DNA of 33,000 nucleotides from Laetmonice hystrix (lineage: Eukaryota): assembly GCA_965235115.1 (NCBI GenBank), contig OZ249437.1, positions 22,382,001-22,415,000 on the forward strand, in the 5' to 3' direction. Below are positions 20,158 to 31,428 of the stretch, one piece after another. The position numbers and the translations under genes are program-made. The stretch's first letter is position 1; every line of letters starts with the position of its first letter. The notes below the pieces were generated by a model, which searched no databases, was not told where the DNA came from, and saw only the letters and a program-made list of their open reading frames with translations.

Positions 20158-20527
20158 CTGTGGCTGGGTAAGAATTGGCAATCATTGCCATGTTCACTGC
20201 CGCAGTGGTGTGAGAGAGATTTCACAGGGTCTGTGGTCGGAACCTGTTCCCCTGTGGCAGGGTAAGAATTGGCAATCATTGCCATGTTCACTGCCGCAGT
20301 GGTGTGTGAGAGATTTCACAGGGTCTGTGGTCGAAACCAGTTCTCCTGTGGCAGGGTAAGAATTGGCAATCATTGCCATGTTCTCTGCCACAGTGGTGTG
20401 AGAAAGATTTCACAGGGTCTGTGGTCGGAACCTGTTCTCCTGTGGCTGGATAAGAATTGGCAAGCATTGCCATGTTCCCTGCCGCGGTGGTGTGTGAGAG
20501 ATTTCACGGGGTCTGTGGTCGGAACCA
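20158..20527. repeat. Tandem repeat, 94-bp unit, 4 copies
   Basis: G(G/A)TAAGAATTGGCAA recurs at 20167, 20261, 20355 and 20449. Confidence 0.96.
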
Positions 20528-20629
20528 GTCAACATCTCCTCCTGTCGCTGTGTCAGTAACACGGCGAAGACTTCAAGAGGTTTCCATGAGAGGACGCGTT
20601 ATCTGGAGTATGGAACGTTGTCTTTACTG

Positions 20630-21524
20630 ACCCTGGAAACAGTTACACTGACCTCCTCAGCAAACCCTGGGAACAGTTACACCGACCTCCTTAATAAACC
20701 TTGGGAACAGTTACACCGACCTCCCCAATAAACCCTGGGAACAGTTACACCGACCTCCCCAATAAACCTTGGGAACAGTTACACCGACCTCCTCAGCAAA
20801 CACTGGAAACAGTGACACCGACCTCCTCAATAAACCCTCAATAAACCTTGGGAACAGTTACACCGACCTCCTCAATAAACCTTGGGAACAGTTACACCGA
20901 CCTCCCCAATAAACCTTGGGAATAGTTACACCGACCTCCTCAGCAAACACTGGAAACAGTGACACCGACCTCCTCAATAAACCCTGGGAACAGTTACACC
21001 GACCTCCTCAGCAAACCCTGGGAACAGTTACACCGACCTCCTCAATAAACCCTCAATAAACCTTGGGAACAGTTACACCGACCTCCTCAGCAAACACTGG
21101 AAACAGCTACACCGACCTCCTCAATAAACCCTCAATAAACCTTGGGAACAGTTACACCGACCTCTTCAATAAACCTTGGGAACAGTTACACCGACCTCCT
21201 CAATAAACCCTCAATAAACCTTGGGAACAGTTACACCGACCTCCTCAGCAAACACTGGAAACAGCTACACCGACCTCCTCAATAAACCCTCAATAAACCT
21301 TGGGAACAGTTACACCGACCTCCTCAATAAACCTTGGGAATAGTTACACCGACCTCCTCAATAAACCCTCAATAAACCCTGGAAACAGTTACACCGACCT
21401 CCTCAATAAACCTTGGGAACAGTTACACCGACCTCCTCAATAAACCTTGGGAACAGTTACACCGACCTCCTCAATAAACCCTGGGAACAGTTACACCGAC
21501 CTCCCCAATAAACCTTGGAAACAG
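20630..21524. repeat. Minisatellite, 34-bp unit (45-bp variant with an 11-bp duplication), about 24 copies
   Basis: Unit AATAAACCTTGGGAACAGTTACACCGACCTCCTC; the variant AGCAAACACTGGAAACAG recurs at roughly 150-bp intervals. Confidence 0.97.
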
Positions 21525-21891
21525 CAGAAAATATCAACTTCCTTTTGCAGCGTGTCCTCGCGGTTCGTCCCTGGATGATGGGAATAGGTTCTATCGTTTA
21601 AACTCGTACGGAAGTCGCACAGACACTCATGTACTCTAGTGTGTATGACCCTTAACACGCATTGCCGTCAAAGCTTTAACAAAATTTTATTAAGAAACAC
21701 GAAACTCTTCCCTACTATAAAACGAGGGCCGTTTTGTATGGAAATGGACTCCAGCAGAGCGATATAATCTGGTCGGTCGTTATAGAAACAAAGTCGGCGG
21801 AGATCCGGCAGGCGGGACATAAAGACACGCTGTAACAGAATCCTTGAGAGAGGAAGCGATGTCCGGCTCAGTGTAGTCCGACCTCACCTCT

Positions 21892-21989
21892 GGGTGGGTG
21901 GGTGTGGGTGAGTGGATGGGTGAGTGTCGGTGTGGGTGGGTGTGGGTGGGTGTGGGTGAGTGGGTGGGTGAGTGTGGGCGGGTGTGGGT
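21892..21989. repeat. GGGT/GT low-complexity tract
   Basis: TGGGTGGGTGGGTGTGGGTGAG... Confidence 0.85.
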
Positions 21990-22599
21990 GCTGTTACGAG
22001 CGGCTGGACTCCCAGGTAACTCTGACACGGGGGCGGGGGTGGTTACGGCACACCTGCCCAGGGTATGTCCCCCGTCGGCGTCCCTCAACCCTGACCCTCC
22101 CCTACATTGTCATGGTTACCGTCAGCGGACACCTGAGGGTGTGCCCTGACACCCCGACCCCCTCCCTCCGCCACCCCTGTCAGGGTATTTAGTACATGCC
22201 ACTATTGCCCGCGTAAACTGCCATGACCGTGCCGGGCTGCCATGCCAAAAACATATTTTAATCCTGGCCCACTTAGTGTTGTATATAAACACACATGTAG
22301 TCCCACACAGACATCTCTGCTGACATCCAGGATATGTTCGCCTCGTCCCACTGTTTTATACCCAACCATTGTGGGTGGGCTTTAGTCAAGTCGCAAACTG
22401 TAACTTTTTGAGTGAATTCAGGGAGTATACAGCACAGGTGTTTAGAGATACTAGAATATAAGTTGTCTTTTTCACAGAAATAATAAACTATCCATAATAA
22501 AAGTTAAAGTGGTCTGCATTATCATCATCAAAAGGTGAAGAAATTCTCAGTACATGTAGAAATACTAGCGCGTGTATGGTCCACCCGCTGTGCAGTGAC

Positions 22600-24541
22600 C
22601 ACACGGCTGTCAAGGCGCAGTAATGTCTGGGATGGCTGTAAGGGGGCGCCACCGTCTGGGCGGGGTCGCTCCGTGACAGTGGCTGTGAGTGGCGGGCTGA
22701 GCGGACTGTGACAGGGCCGCGGCGGTGAGAGCGCAGAGAGAGAGAAGAGGCAGTTGGCCTTGGAGCAGAGCAGAGAGAGGAGCGCATGCAAGGCGCGCTC
22801 CTGATGAACCACAGTTAGAGAGGCGTGGACAGTCAGTAATAACACCACCAAGGCGGCCTTTACCACACACACGTTATAACGGAGACTTCATACACTCAGC
22901 CTTGCTCCGTACCGTGGCGACGTCTTTACTGGAGTAATACTGGAGAGGACAGGAGAACATGGTCGGTCGCTCCGCGTGGCGTTCTGACTGGCCCCCACAA
23001 GTTGTAAACAAACGGTTTGGATGACCCTGCCGATAGGAGGCACTGTCCTCGCCAGCTGAGCCAGCCGGGGGTGCCAGCCAACCGACCAGCCAACCGACCA
23101 GACTGAGAGAGCAGTGGGCCCAGGGAGAGATAGAGAGATAGAACCTGACTCGAGTCGAGAGAGGAGAAGACAGGCGCCAAACGTCTGCACACCTGAACAA
23201 TAGCCAGGTAACGTGAAGGCCGGGCTGTGTGTGGGTTGCCGGACCGTGTGTGGGTTGCCGGACACAGCGGCAGGTCGTGCGGGTAGCAGTGATGTCCAGT
23301 CCTGTCATACCGACCCAGACAGTCTGATCGTATCCTCCCGCTGCAGGAATCAATAGGATTCACAGCTGATTGACTCTTTGATCCCACACTCACACCACAA
23401 CAAACCACTACCTACGGGACGGGTGTGCGGGGGTGGGACGCCTTTAACCAGCGGGGGAGAGACTCAGAGAGAACCAGGACCGTCAGCTGCTCCATCGCAG
23501 GCCGGGCAGAAGGCATCTTAAAGGGAACCTGCGCAGGCAGTCAGTCAGTCAGAGAGAGGACGGAGAGCGGCGGGCTCTCAGTGACGGCGGGAGGTGAACC
23601 AGTCACTGCGGACAGGAGGCGGTACCATCTGCTCGTGTGAGGATCTATGCACAGACCCTGGAGGAGTGAACCGGCAGGAGGAGTGAGCTGGAGGAAGGCA
23701 ATGAGCTACGTCAGCAGTGGTTTGTCGTGGAGGTACGGATACGGAGCCGGAGGTAGAGTTTGCACCACTGGCCGAGCTCACACACCACCGACCTCCCAGT
23801 GTACACAGTGAGGTGTTTATGGAGCAAGCCCACCAATCTTAACACACATTCACCTCAATACTTGTTACTGCAATCTTCGCGAGGATCATAAACTGCTAAT
23901 ACACGAGCCGAAGTTCATCAGAGTGAGGCAGAGAACCCAACAAGACGTGGTGTAAGTCGGCGAGCAATGAGCAGGGAGTTTTACCTCACAGAAATACGTC
24001 AACCAGGGAGGCGACTGGTCACTTTACCAGGCAAACCGTGTGTTAGTTCCGTGCTGGATGTTATTGGAGGCAGTTGTTAGGAGGAGACATTGGCCTGGTA
24101 CGTGGGTCAGTGAGGCAGTAATTGGCAGCAGTCGGACCGCGGATTTACCACACCCGTTATCAGCGGAGTTTACGGCCACAGCGACAGGAGGTTTTAACGG
24201 AGTTTTAAAACGGAGTTAACGGAGTTAGAGCCACAGCAGTAGCAGCGAACAGGTCTTTGTCACGCCACGGAGTTCGGCGTGGCTTGTCGAGCTGTCGGGT
24301 TGACCGTGTGAATAGGAACGGTCGCTCGTCACGGCAACAAGGGGTGAAAAAATTGGATAATTACAGGGGTGTGCGGCACAGGGCCGGCTGACCACGCAGT
24401 TAGCCTCTCGTCACTGGCTTTTTCTGGTCGGCTGGTTGGTGTATGTTGACGAGGGCCGTGAGATAGGAGGCTGAGGGCTGATGTGCACATAATATCAGTG
24501 TGTGCTTGAGTAGGCCCCTCCTCGCCCCGCAGTGTCGTACC
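22600..24541 (+). promoter_or_regulatory. Putative promoter / long 5'UTR region of the plus-strand gene
   Basis: Unique, CpG-containing, array-free sequence with GA-rich stretches (22727-22781, 23104-23170) and donor-like sites (CAG|GTAACG near 23207, GAG|GTACGG near 23732) upstream of the ATG at 24542. The TSS cannot be determined. Confidence 0.45.
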
Positions 24542-24677
24542 ATGGGGGCACGGTACCCCCCTAGCCCCCCCGTGACGGGGGGCTCCCCCCTCGCTACACT
24601 CCTCATCCTTATCATGGCCATCGTCTCTGTGTCTTGCAGGTTGACCGCACACGTGACTGTACCTACTTCTCCAGCTG
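24542..24677 (+). CDS. First coding exon (signal peptide) of an unidentified secreted or membrane protein
   Basis: Kozak-type ACCATGG start. Translation MGARYPPSPPVTGGSPLATLLILIMAIVSVSCRLTAHVTVPTSPA has a hydrophobic core LATLLILIMAIVSV and a small-residue cleavage region (VSC). It ends at a consensus G|GTGAGT donor in phase 1, typical of signal-peptide exons. Confidence 0.75.
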
Positions 24678-25155
24678 GTGAGTACAACCACAATTTTTTT
24701 ATTGTCATCGCCAAGATTGGCGTACCTAAGTGTTAATTACAGGTAGGGGCGGTAGAGGAACTCTTGGCCCGGCTACCAATGACAGGGCTGGGCGGGCGGT
24801 GAACGCTATCCCGCCGGCCTAGGTACAAAACGGAGCTTGATCTTGTCAGAACCTCGTTAACAAAGTGTACTACATGAACAGGGTCACTCATTGAGAAATC
24901 GTTGATAAGGGACTTCTAGGTCTTGAAATTATCTCTTAAAGGTACGTGATGATACAGGTAGGAGTTCACGGTCAGTGAGGGGTGTTAGGAGAGTGTACGT
25001 GATGATACAGGTATGAGTTCGCGGAGGTGGGCCAGTGAGGGGTGTGTGAATTTACTGTTTTAGACAGCGAAATATTGAATAGTCAAACGTGGAAGGAACA
25101 ATTCAAAATTTGTATTTGAAAGTTATCTTTTAAGAATGAAGCATCCAAGAGAAGT

Positions 25156-25637
25156 TCTCTCCTCCCTCTCTCTATGTTTCTCTCTCTGTATGTCTCTGTC
25201 TCTCTCTCTCTGTGTCTCTGTCTCTCTCTTTATATTATAGATGATACGGGAGGAGGGCGGTGATATAGCAGTGTTATTGTCATTGTTTGTAGAGTAACGA
25301 TCCCAGACCGCCGTGGTTGCAGATTGAGTTCTCTTTCTGTCTCTCTCTCTCTGTCTCCCTCTGTCTCTCTGTCTCTCTATAAGTTATAGATGATACGGGA
25401 GGATGATAGAGCAGTGTTATTGTTTGTAGAGTATCAGGATGCTGTGAACGATCCCAGACCGCCGTGGTTGCAGATTGAGTTCTCTCTGTCTCTGTCTCTC
25501 TCTGTGTGTCTCTCTCTGTCTCTCTGTCTCTCTATAAGTTATAGATGATACGGGAGGATGATAGAGCAGTGTTATTGTTTGTAGAGTATCAGGATGCTGT
25601 GAACGATCCCAGACCGCCGTGGTTGCAGATTGAGTTC
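25156..25637. repeat. About 155-170-bp tandem repeat, 3 copies, each with a (CT/GT)n microsatellite head
   Basis: TTATAGATGATACGGGAGGA...ACGATCCCAGACCGCCGTGGTTGCAGATTGAGTTC occurs three times, separated by variable CT-rich tracts. Confidence 0.92.
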
Positions 25638-28375
25638 CCATTCATGTTCTGTGTATTCCGGGAAGTTTTTTTTATCCGCAGTGCTCTGCCAACAACTGAT
25701 ACGAATACACGATAAGCTAAAACACAAACATATGAACAGGCGTCTAGTTAATCACCCCATGGAGGGTAGATAGTGGAGCCGTGTCAGGGGTAATACTAAT
25801 GAAGGGTGTGTACTGAGGAGATTGAAGGAATGACACAGCTGGCAATCAGCCCAGCTCCTGCACAATATGAGACAGAGAAAAACTTCAGATACACTCTCAG
25901 CCTTCACGGCCGTAGTTCCTCGCATGTAGCAATTACAGTTGTTTTTGTGCGTGTGCTTTAAAGTCAAGAACATGCGATTTGTCTCATAAAAACGTCGAGA
26001 TCCAGGGTTAGTATTAGCGCACAAATTGGAGAGTCGGAACAACATGGATCTAGGGCCAAGTGCCCGCCAAATAAAGTCAACAGTGAGCCTCGTTATTCGG
26101 CCTGCCCGGAGTTATACGGCGGGTAGGAAGATTAGCTTGCCATGGATTCACGGTCTACATTTTGATATATCAAGAGTCACTTACAAACACTTAAGAATAC
26201 ATTCAAATTGAAATATTCTCCGAATGGCGTGTAGAAAGTGTGTCACACCTGCGTTCCACGAATTGGCCAGCGCTTGGCTGTAAACCACATGATGTGTTGT
26301 TTGCCCGGTAGGTGGGGTTAGTGGTAGTGTTTTTGGTATACAGGTCGACAGGAAGGTAAGTTATAACGTTGGTTATGTGGTGGGGGTATTCTAGGTAGGG
26401 TATCAGAACGTGGGGGAGGGGGTGCATAGCTGTGTCTCAGGCTCAGGGGGGTGAAGGGTGTGGGAGGGTGGGGTTGGGGCGTTCTCAGACCCAGCAAGAG
26501 GAGCAAAGAGCAGTCAGTTCCAACATAGCCACGTGGGTCCGTAACAATTTCTGCTTCAGTTGAGAGCGGCCGGCTGGCGGTGGCCGGCCCCAACAGCAGG
26601 ACACCCTCACTGGAGAAGGTACACAGGAGGTGGCAGGGGCACGGACAGGAGGAGGGGGTCTCCTCCTGTAGGGCTAGGTGGTTAACTATTGTAACAGCTG
26701 GGGTACACTCGGGAGGTACCTTGAATCCTGACCAGGGATACACGGAGGAGGTCCCGTGGGGGTGGGCTGATACCAGAACCAAATTAAACCTAAGAATTAT
26801 GAGAAAAAAAATCATAGAATAGCGGTTTAGTGGTTTTGTTAGGTACAGATAGAATATTATAAAAGGAGATTTCACCTGCGCCATGTACCTATCATGGTTA
26901 GTTGTAGTAGCTCCCCCCAGCCGAGCTACAGAACTGTCTCTGATCTCCAGGTAGACTAGAAGAAATCTAAAGTCGATTGATTTTTTACAACTCTGCTCCG
27001 TGTGTCAGAGTTGCATCAGTTTTCCGTTCAAGGAACACAAGGTATCAGTTATCTGGTAGCTTGTTGGGTTTTTTAGTTATTTCATTTTTTATCAATGGGA
27101 TTTACCCGAAGTATTGACTCCGGTATGAGAGTGGCCCAGAGGCAAACAGTGGCAGTGGTTGGTATCAAACAGAACGTCATGCAGACGAGAGAAGGCTGCA
27201 ATTACAGCTTGCATAAACAGATCATTGAGATGGGCTGGCCACGCTGAAAGAACATGTTGCTGAGATGACTATCAGACTAGTGTTACGATAGGCAGATCTC
27301 AGTCGACGTTTGTGTTGCAGCAAGTGGAGTGTGTGACTAACAGTGAGTTGATGGCCCTGGGTTCACACCCCATGGCTGGCCTTGTGATCATGTGGAGACC
27401 AGGGACGGGTAACTATTCAATGTCTGCCCGTATATCTCGGGCAGGGTGACGGTTTGTGATCGAGACCAGTCAGTGTGTGTCACTGCCGCCCACCACACTC
27501 TGTCTCCTCTCTGTAAACATCTCATCCTGATTTAATAGTCTCCCGACAAACGGTAAATCAAGAGCAGCCTAAACCTTTTTAAAATGTTTCTTCACAGAGA
27601 TCTTTCATTGAATCATTTCGATCTTTAAATCTACAAGGCTTCATCTAATCTCTAATGCCCCGCGGTTCACATTCCATTCAAGGCTGAGTTTTCAATTTCC
27701 TCCTTTACTTAAGAGTTCTGCTGGTGTAATCGTCTGGTTTTTCTCCTTCACCTGGTTTGAATGGCGTGGTCATTAATTTGAAGACATCCAGATTGAGGTG
27801 CAGTGAGCCAGGTGTGTAGGTGGGATAATGAGAGAACCAGACGCTGTGTGAAGGTGTGGGTGTGTGCCGGCCGGGGTGTTGGCAGCGCCGCCTGCTGGTG
27901 AGCATGTTGAGTGTGCTCACATGTGAGTAAGGACCATGTGTAAAACCCTCAGCACGCCAGGCCCAGGGTGTCAGGGATTCACTCAGCACCCTGCCCAGCT
28001 GGCAGCAATCACCACTCGCAATCCCACAGGGTAAATGATAATACCCCCTTCACATGCCCCACACTGAAGCTAACACCTCCCCCGATTGTTACCTGGACAA
28101 AAACGTAACCAAGGTAACCAGGTAACCAAGTGTTGAGACAGTGGTCGGGTTAAAGTGGAGCCAGATGTGAGGAGAGACTACTGTCTGAGGATGACGGCTC
28201 GGTGGAAAGTCAGGTAGTTTTTACGGTTTACAGAGCATAGCATCGTTGGTGTGTCAGCTGGGAGTGCTCATCGCCAGCCCACAGATTGAAGTGCCAGAGT
28301 TGATGGTCAGGTGATAGCAGCAAGATGTGGCAGCGGTTGGGAATTGATGAAATCGCTAGAGTCCATGATGGATCC

Positions 28376-28543
28376 CCGGCCTGGACCGGGCTGGGGGCCG
28401 GGTCGGGACCGGGCGGCGGGCCGGGCCGGGCTGGGGGCCGGGCCGGGCCGGGCTGGGTCGGGACCGGACCGGGTCGGGTCGGGACTGGGCGGCGGGGCGA
28501 GGGATGGCGGACCGGGACGGGGGGCTGGCGGACCCCGGCCGGT
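28376..28543. repeat. GC-rich (CCGGG)-like simple repeat
   Basis: CCGGGCCGGGCTGGGGGCCGGGCCGGG...; source of the overlapping Pro/Gly/Arg-rich ORFs. Confidence 0.85.
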
Positions 28544-28800
28544 CGTACCCTCCACCCACACCCCCCAAACATTGCCGACACGTGTATACCTGGCCGGTCA
28601 GTGCCCGCCACAGATACCTGGCAGTAATGAACCGAAACACTTGACATTCTCGCCTGTCAGGAAGAGGTGAGCAATCAATTTGTGAATGCGGCTCATTTCT
28701 TAGTGTCTGCACCACGTCCTGTGGAATAAAACTTAATACCAGAGATGGAAAGGTAATAACACTGACGGCGAATCTCTCGCAGAGAGAACTGATGGTTGTT

Positions 28801-29083
28801 CTGTAGACATTGGCTAAAGGTTGCTGCTCAAAGATTGCTGTAGACATTGGCTAGAGGTTGCTGCTCAAAGATTGCTGTAGACATTGTCTAAAGATTGCTG
28901 TGGACATTGTCTGAAGGTTGCTGCTCAAAGTTTGCTGTAGACCTTGTCTAAAGATTGCTGCCTAAAGGTTTAGACATTGTCTAAACTCTAAAGGTTGCTG
29001 CTCAAAGATTGCTGTAGACATTGTCTAAAGATTGCTGCAGACATTGTCTAAAGGTTGCTGTAGACTTTGTCTAAAGATTGCTG
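28801..29083. repeat. Compound minisatellite (23/37-bp units)
   Basis: GTAGACATTG(T/G)CTAAAG(G/A)TTGCT with an optional GCTCAAAGATTGCT. Confidence 0.9.
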
Positions 29084-29350
29084 CCTTGTTTGGAGACAGA
29101 TACATAATGCTCAACATGTGAAATGTTGACTGGCAGCGCGTTCCCTCGTAAATCCCCTGAACAAGATCTGTTTGTTTTCGCTGAGACCTCCGGAAGGAGG
29201 CCCATTACACCGTGCTTGTACCTTGTTAGATAATCCTGGCAGTCTTTTATTACGAGAAAGTCGTAAAGATGTGAGGTTGATCTATGTTGTAGAACTTCGC
29301 TGTTTGTTTCTTTTGTAGTTTTCTGAAAGAATCTACAGCAGTCAGCCTTC

Positions 29351-29501
29351 TGTCTGGGCCCATCTGCGGTGTCTGGGCCCACCTCAGGTGTCTGGGCCTA
29401 TCTCTGGTGTCTGGGCCCACCTCAGGTGTCTGGGCCCATCTCAGGTGTCTGGGCCCACCTCAGGTGTCTGGGCCCATCTCAGGTGTCTGGGCCAATCTCA
29501 G
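29351..29501. repeat. Minisatellite, 19-bp unit, 8 copies
   Basis: Unit TGTCTGGGCCCA(T/C)CTCAGG. Confidence 0.95.
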
Positions 29502-29852
29502 GGGTTAACTTTACATGTGGTTGTCACATGTATTCAAAGGTTCCTATACATAGAGTATACTATAGTTGAGTGTAGAGCCGGTAGTTTAACACAACAGTAT
29601 CGAACCAATATTAGTACAAGGCTGGTGAGTCTAAACATCTGCACACCTAGGCCTGTCAATATTGGTTGAACTGTATGTATTCGACACTTATCCTGTCTTT
29701 GTTACTATTCCGTCAGCTGTCCATGTACGTTATAATTAACCCTAAACAACAGACTCAGACCAAGGCGGTCTATTCAGTGTGCGTTGTTGTCTAATTACGT
29801 GCCCATTCAGTGTGCGGTCTTGTGTAATTACAACTTGTCTGGTTTAGATCTC

Positions 29853-30065
29853 CAAGAGAAACAATTGACAGTCTGACGGGCAGTGTTGGTATCCTGAAAC
29901 TATAAGTGAGATAGTTGATCCCAACTGTAGACAGACAGAGATGGTTGTCATTATGGTAATCTAAGAGAAACAATTGACAGTCTGACGGGCAGTGTTGGTA
30001 TCCTGAAACTATGGGTGAGAGAGTTGATCCCAACTGTAGACAGACAGACAGACAGAGATGGTTGT
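29853..30065. repeat. 110-bp tandem duplication
   Basis: AAGAGAAACAATTGACAGTCTGACGGGCAGTG at 29853 and 29963. Confidence 0.93.
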
Positions 30066-30835
30066 AATTAGGGTAATTATAGAACTGACATCATCGGCAA
30101 TCAACTCGTGTCTGGTCGTAGTGGTCACTTCAGTGTTACCACGGTTCTTACAGTATTCTTGTCAAAAAGACTAGAAAATAAAAAAACTGCGTGTTTTCTT
30201 GTTGAACGCAACTGTGAGAAAACGTGACGCATCTAGCATGACCGTTAGAAAATTCAATCACGGAAAAAACACGTCACGGAAATAAAAGTCATGAAATATC
30301 GTTGATCAGGTAACGGTCAGGTTAGCGTGGGAACCGACGCTGGTCGTGTGTAGGTGAGAGGTTTGCTATCCACCCCAGCGCCCCCCTCCGGGCTGGACAT
30401 TCCCACCTGTCAGCACCCCCAGAGGGTGTGTACAGACACCCCGGCAGGGGATCTCTGTCATCATGGAACTCTGCCCCGGTCTGACTGGACACAACACAGG
30501 AGGGTAGACCCCTCACCCCTCACCCCGCCCAGTGTCCAGTTAACACAATCACCCCAACCACCCCGCCACGGCCCTTTGAAGTTTCTAACTGGCAAAGTGT
30601 AATTTCCTCATTAATTACAGTAATTTATCAGTTCTAACTAGAGGCACCAAATACTAGGTGAGGATCTGCTAATTGTAGATCAGGCGTAGATACCCTCTGA
30701 TTCTGGTAAATACTTGTAGTTACTCTCAGACTTGATTGGTAGGATATAAAAGTACCAGGACGTTTAGAGTTGTTGGGGGTCTCAGAAACCAACGGTCAGG
30801 AATGTAATAATTGATATAGAGAATAAACTTTATGC

Positions 30836-31140
30836 TCAGAGGGATTCCCTCAGAACTAATCGTACCTTCAGAGGGATTCCCTCAGAATTAATCGTACCTT
30901 CAGAGGGATTCCCTCAGAACTAATCGTACCTTCAGAGGGATTCCCTCAGAACTAATCGTACCTTCAGAGGGATTCCCTCAGAACTAATCGTACCTTCAGA
31001 GCGATTCCCTCAGAACTAATCGTACCTTCAGAGGGATTCCCTCAGAACTAATCGTACCTTCAGAGGGATTCCCTCAGAACTAATCGTAACTTCAGAGGGA
31101 TTCCCTCAGAACTAATCGTAACGTCAGAGAGGATCCCTCA
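30836..31140. repeat. Minisatellite, 32-bp unit, about 9.5 copies
   Basis: Unit TCAGAGGGATTCCCTCAGAACTAATCGTACCT. Confidence 0.97.
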
Positions 31141-31428
31141 AAAGTAATCTGTCATAATCTAACCGATCTCACCTAATGCTGCCATAGTCGACACTCCCGT
31201 GGCTGGACAGTTAGCTGACCATTGGTCAGCTGTTGGTCAGTATTGGTATGAGATAATCACTCTGACCACATGGTGGTCCATCTGGTGGCTGGGTACATAC
31301 CTGACGTGACTGACCGTGTGTCTGGCTGTGGGAGTGGTGAGGGATGTACTGTGTGGTAATGATCATAGACTCATCCCTAAATATACAGGCACATTCCTGG
31401 AGGGGCAAACTCCGGGAGCATCTCAGTA

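Noticed and set aside
22528-22872. 114-aa minus-strand ORF with a hydrophobic N-terminus
   Set aside because: Non-ATG start; the Leu/Ser richness comes from the antisense of GA-rich tracts in the plus-strand promoter-like region.
26318-26884. 188-aa minus-strand ORF
   Set aside because: No domain features; its composition follows the local AT-rich then G-rich DNA, and it is antisense to the presumed intron. Cannot be excluded without expression data.
28661-28666. Possible 6-nt microexon (cctgtcag|GAAGAG|gtgagc)
   Set aside because: Such AG...GT pairs are frequent by chance; unsupported without junction reads.
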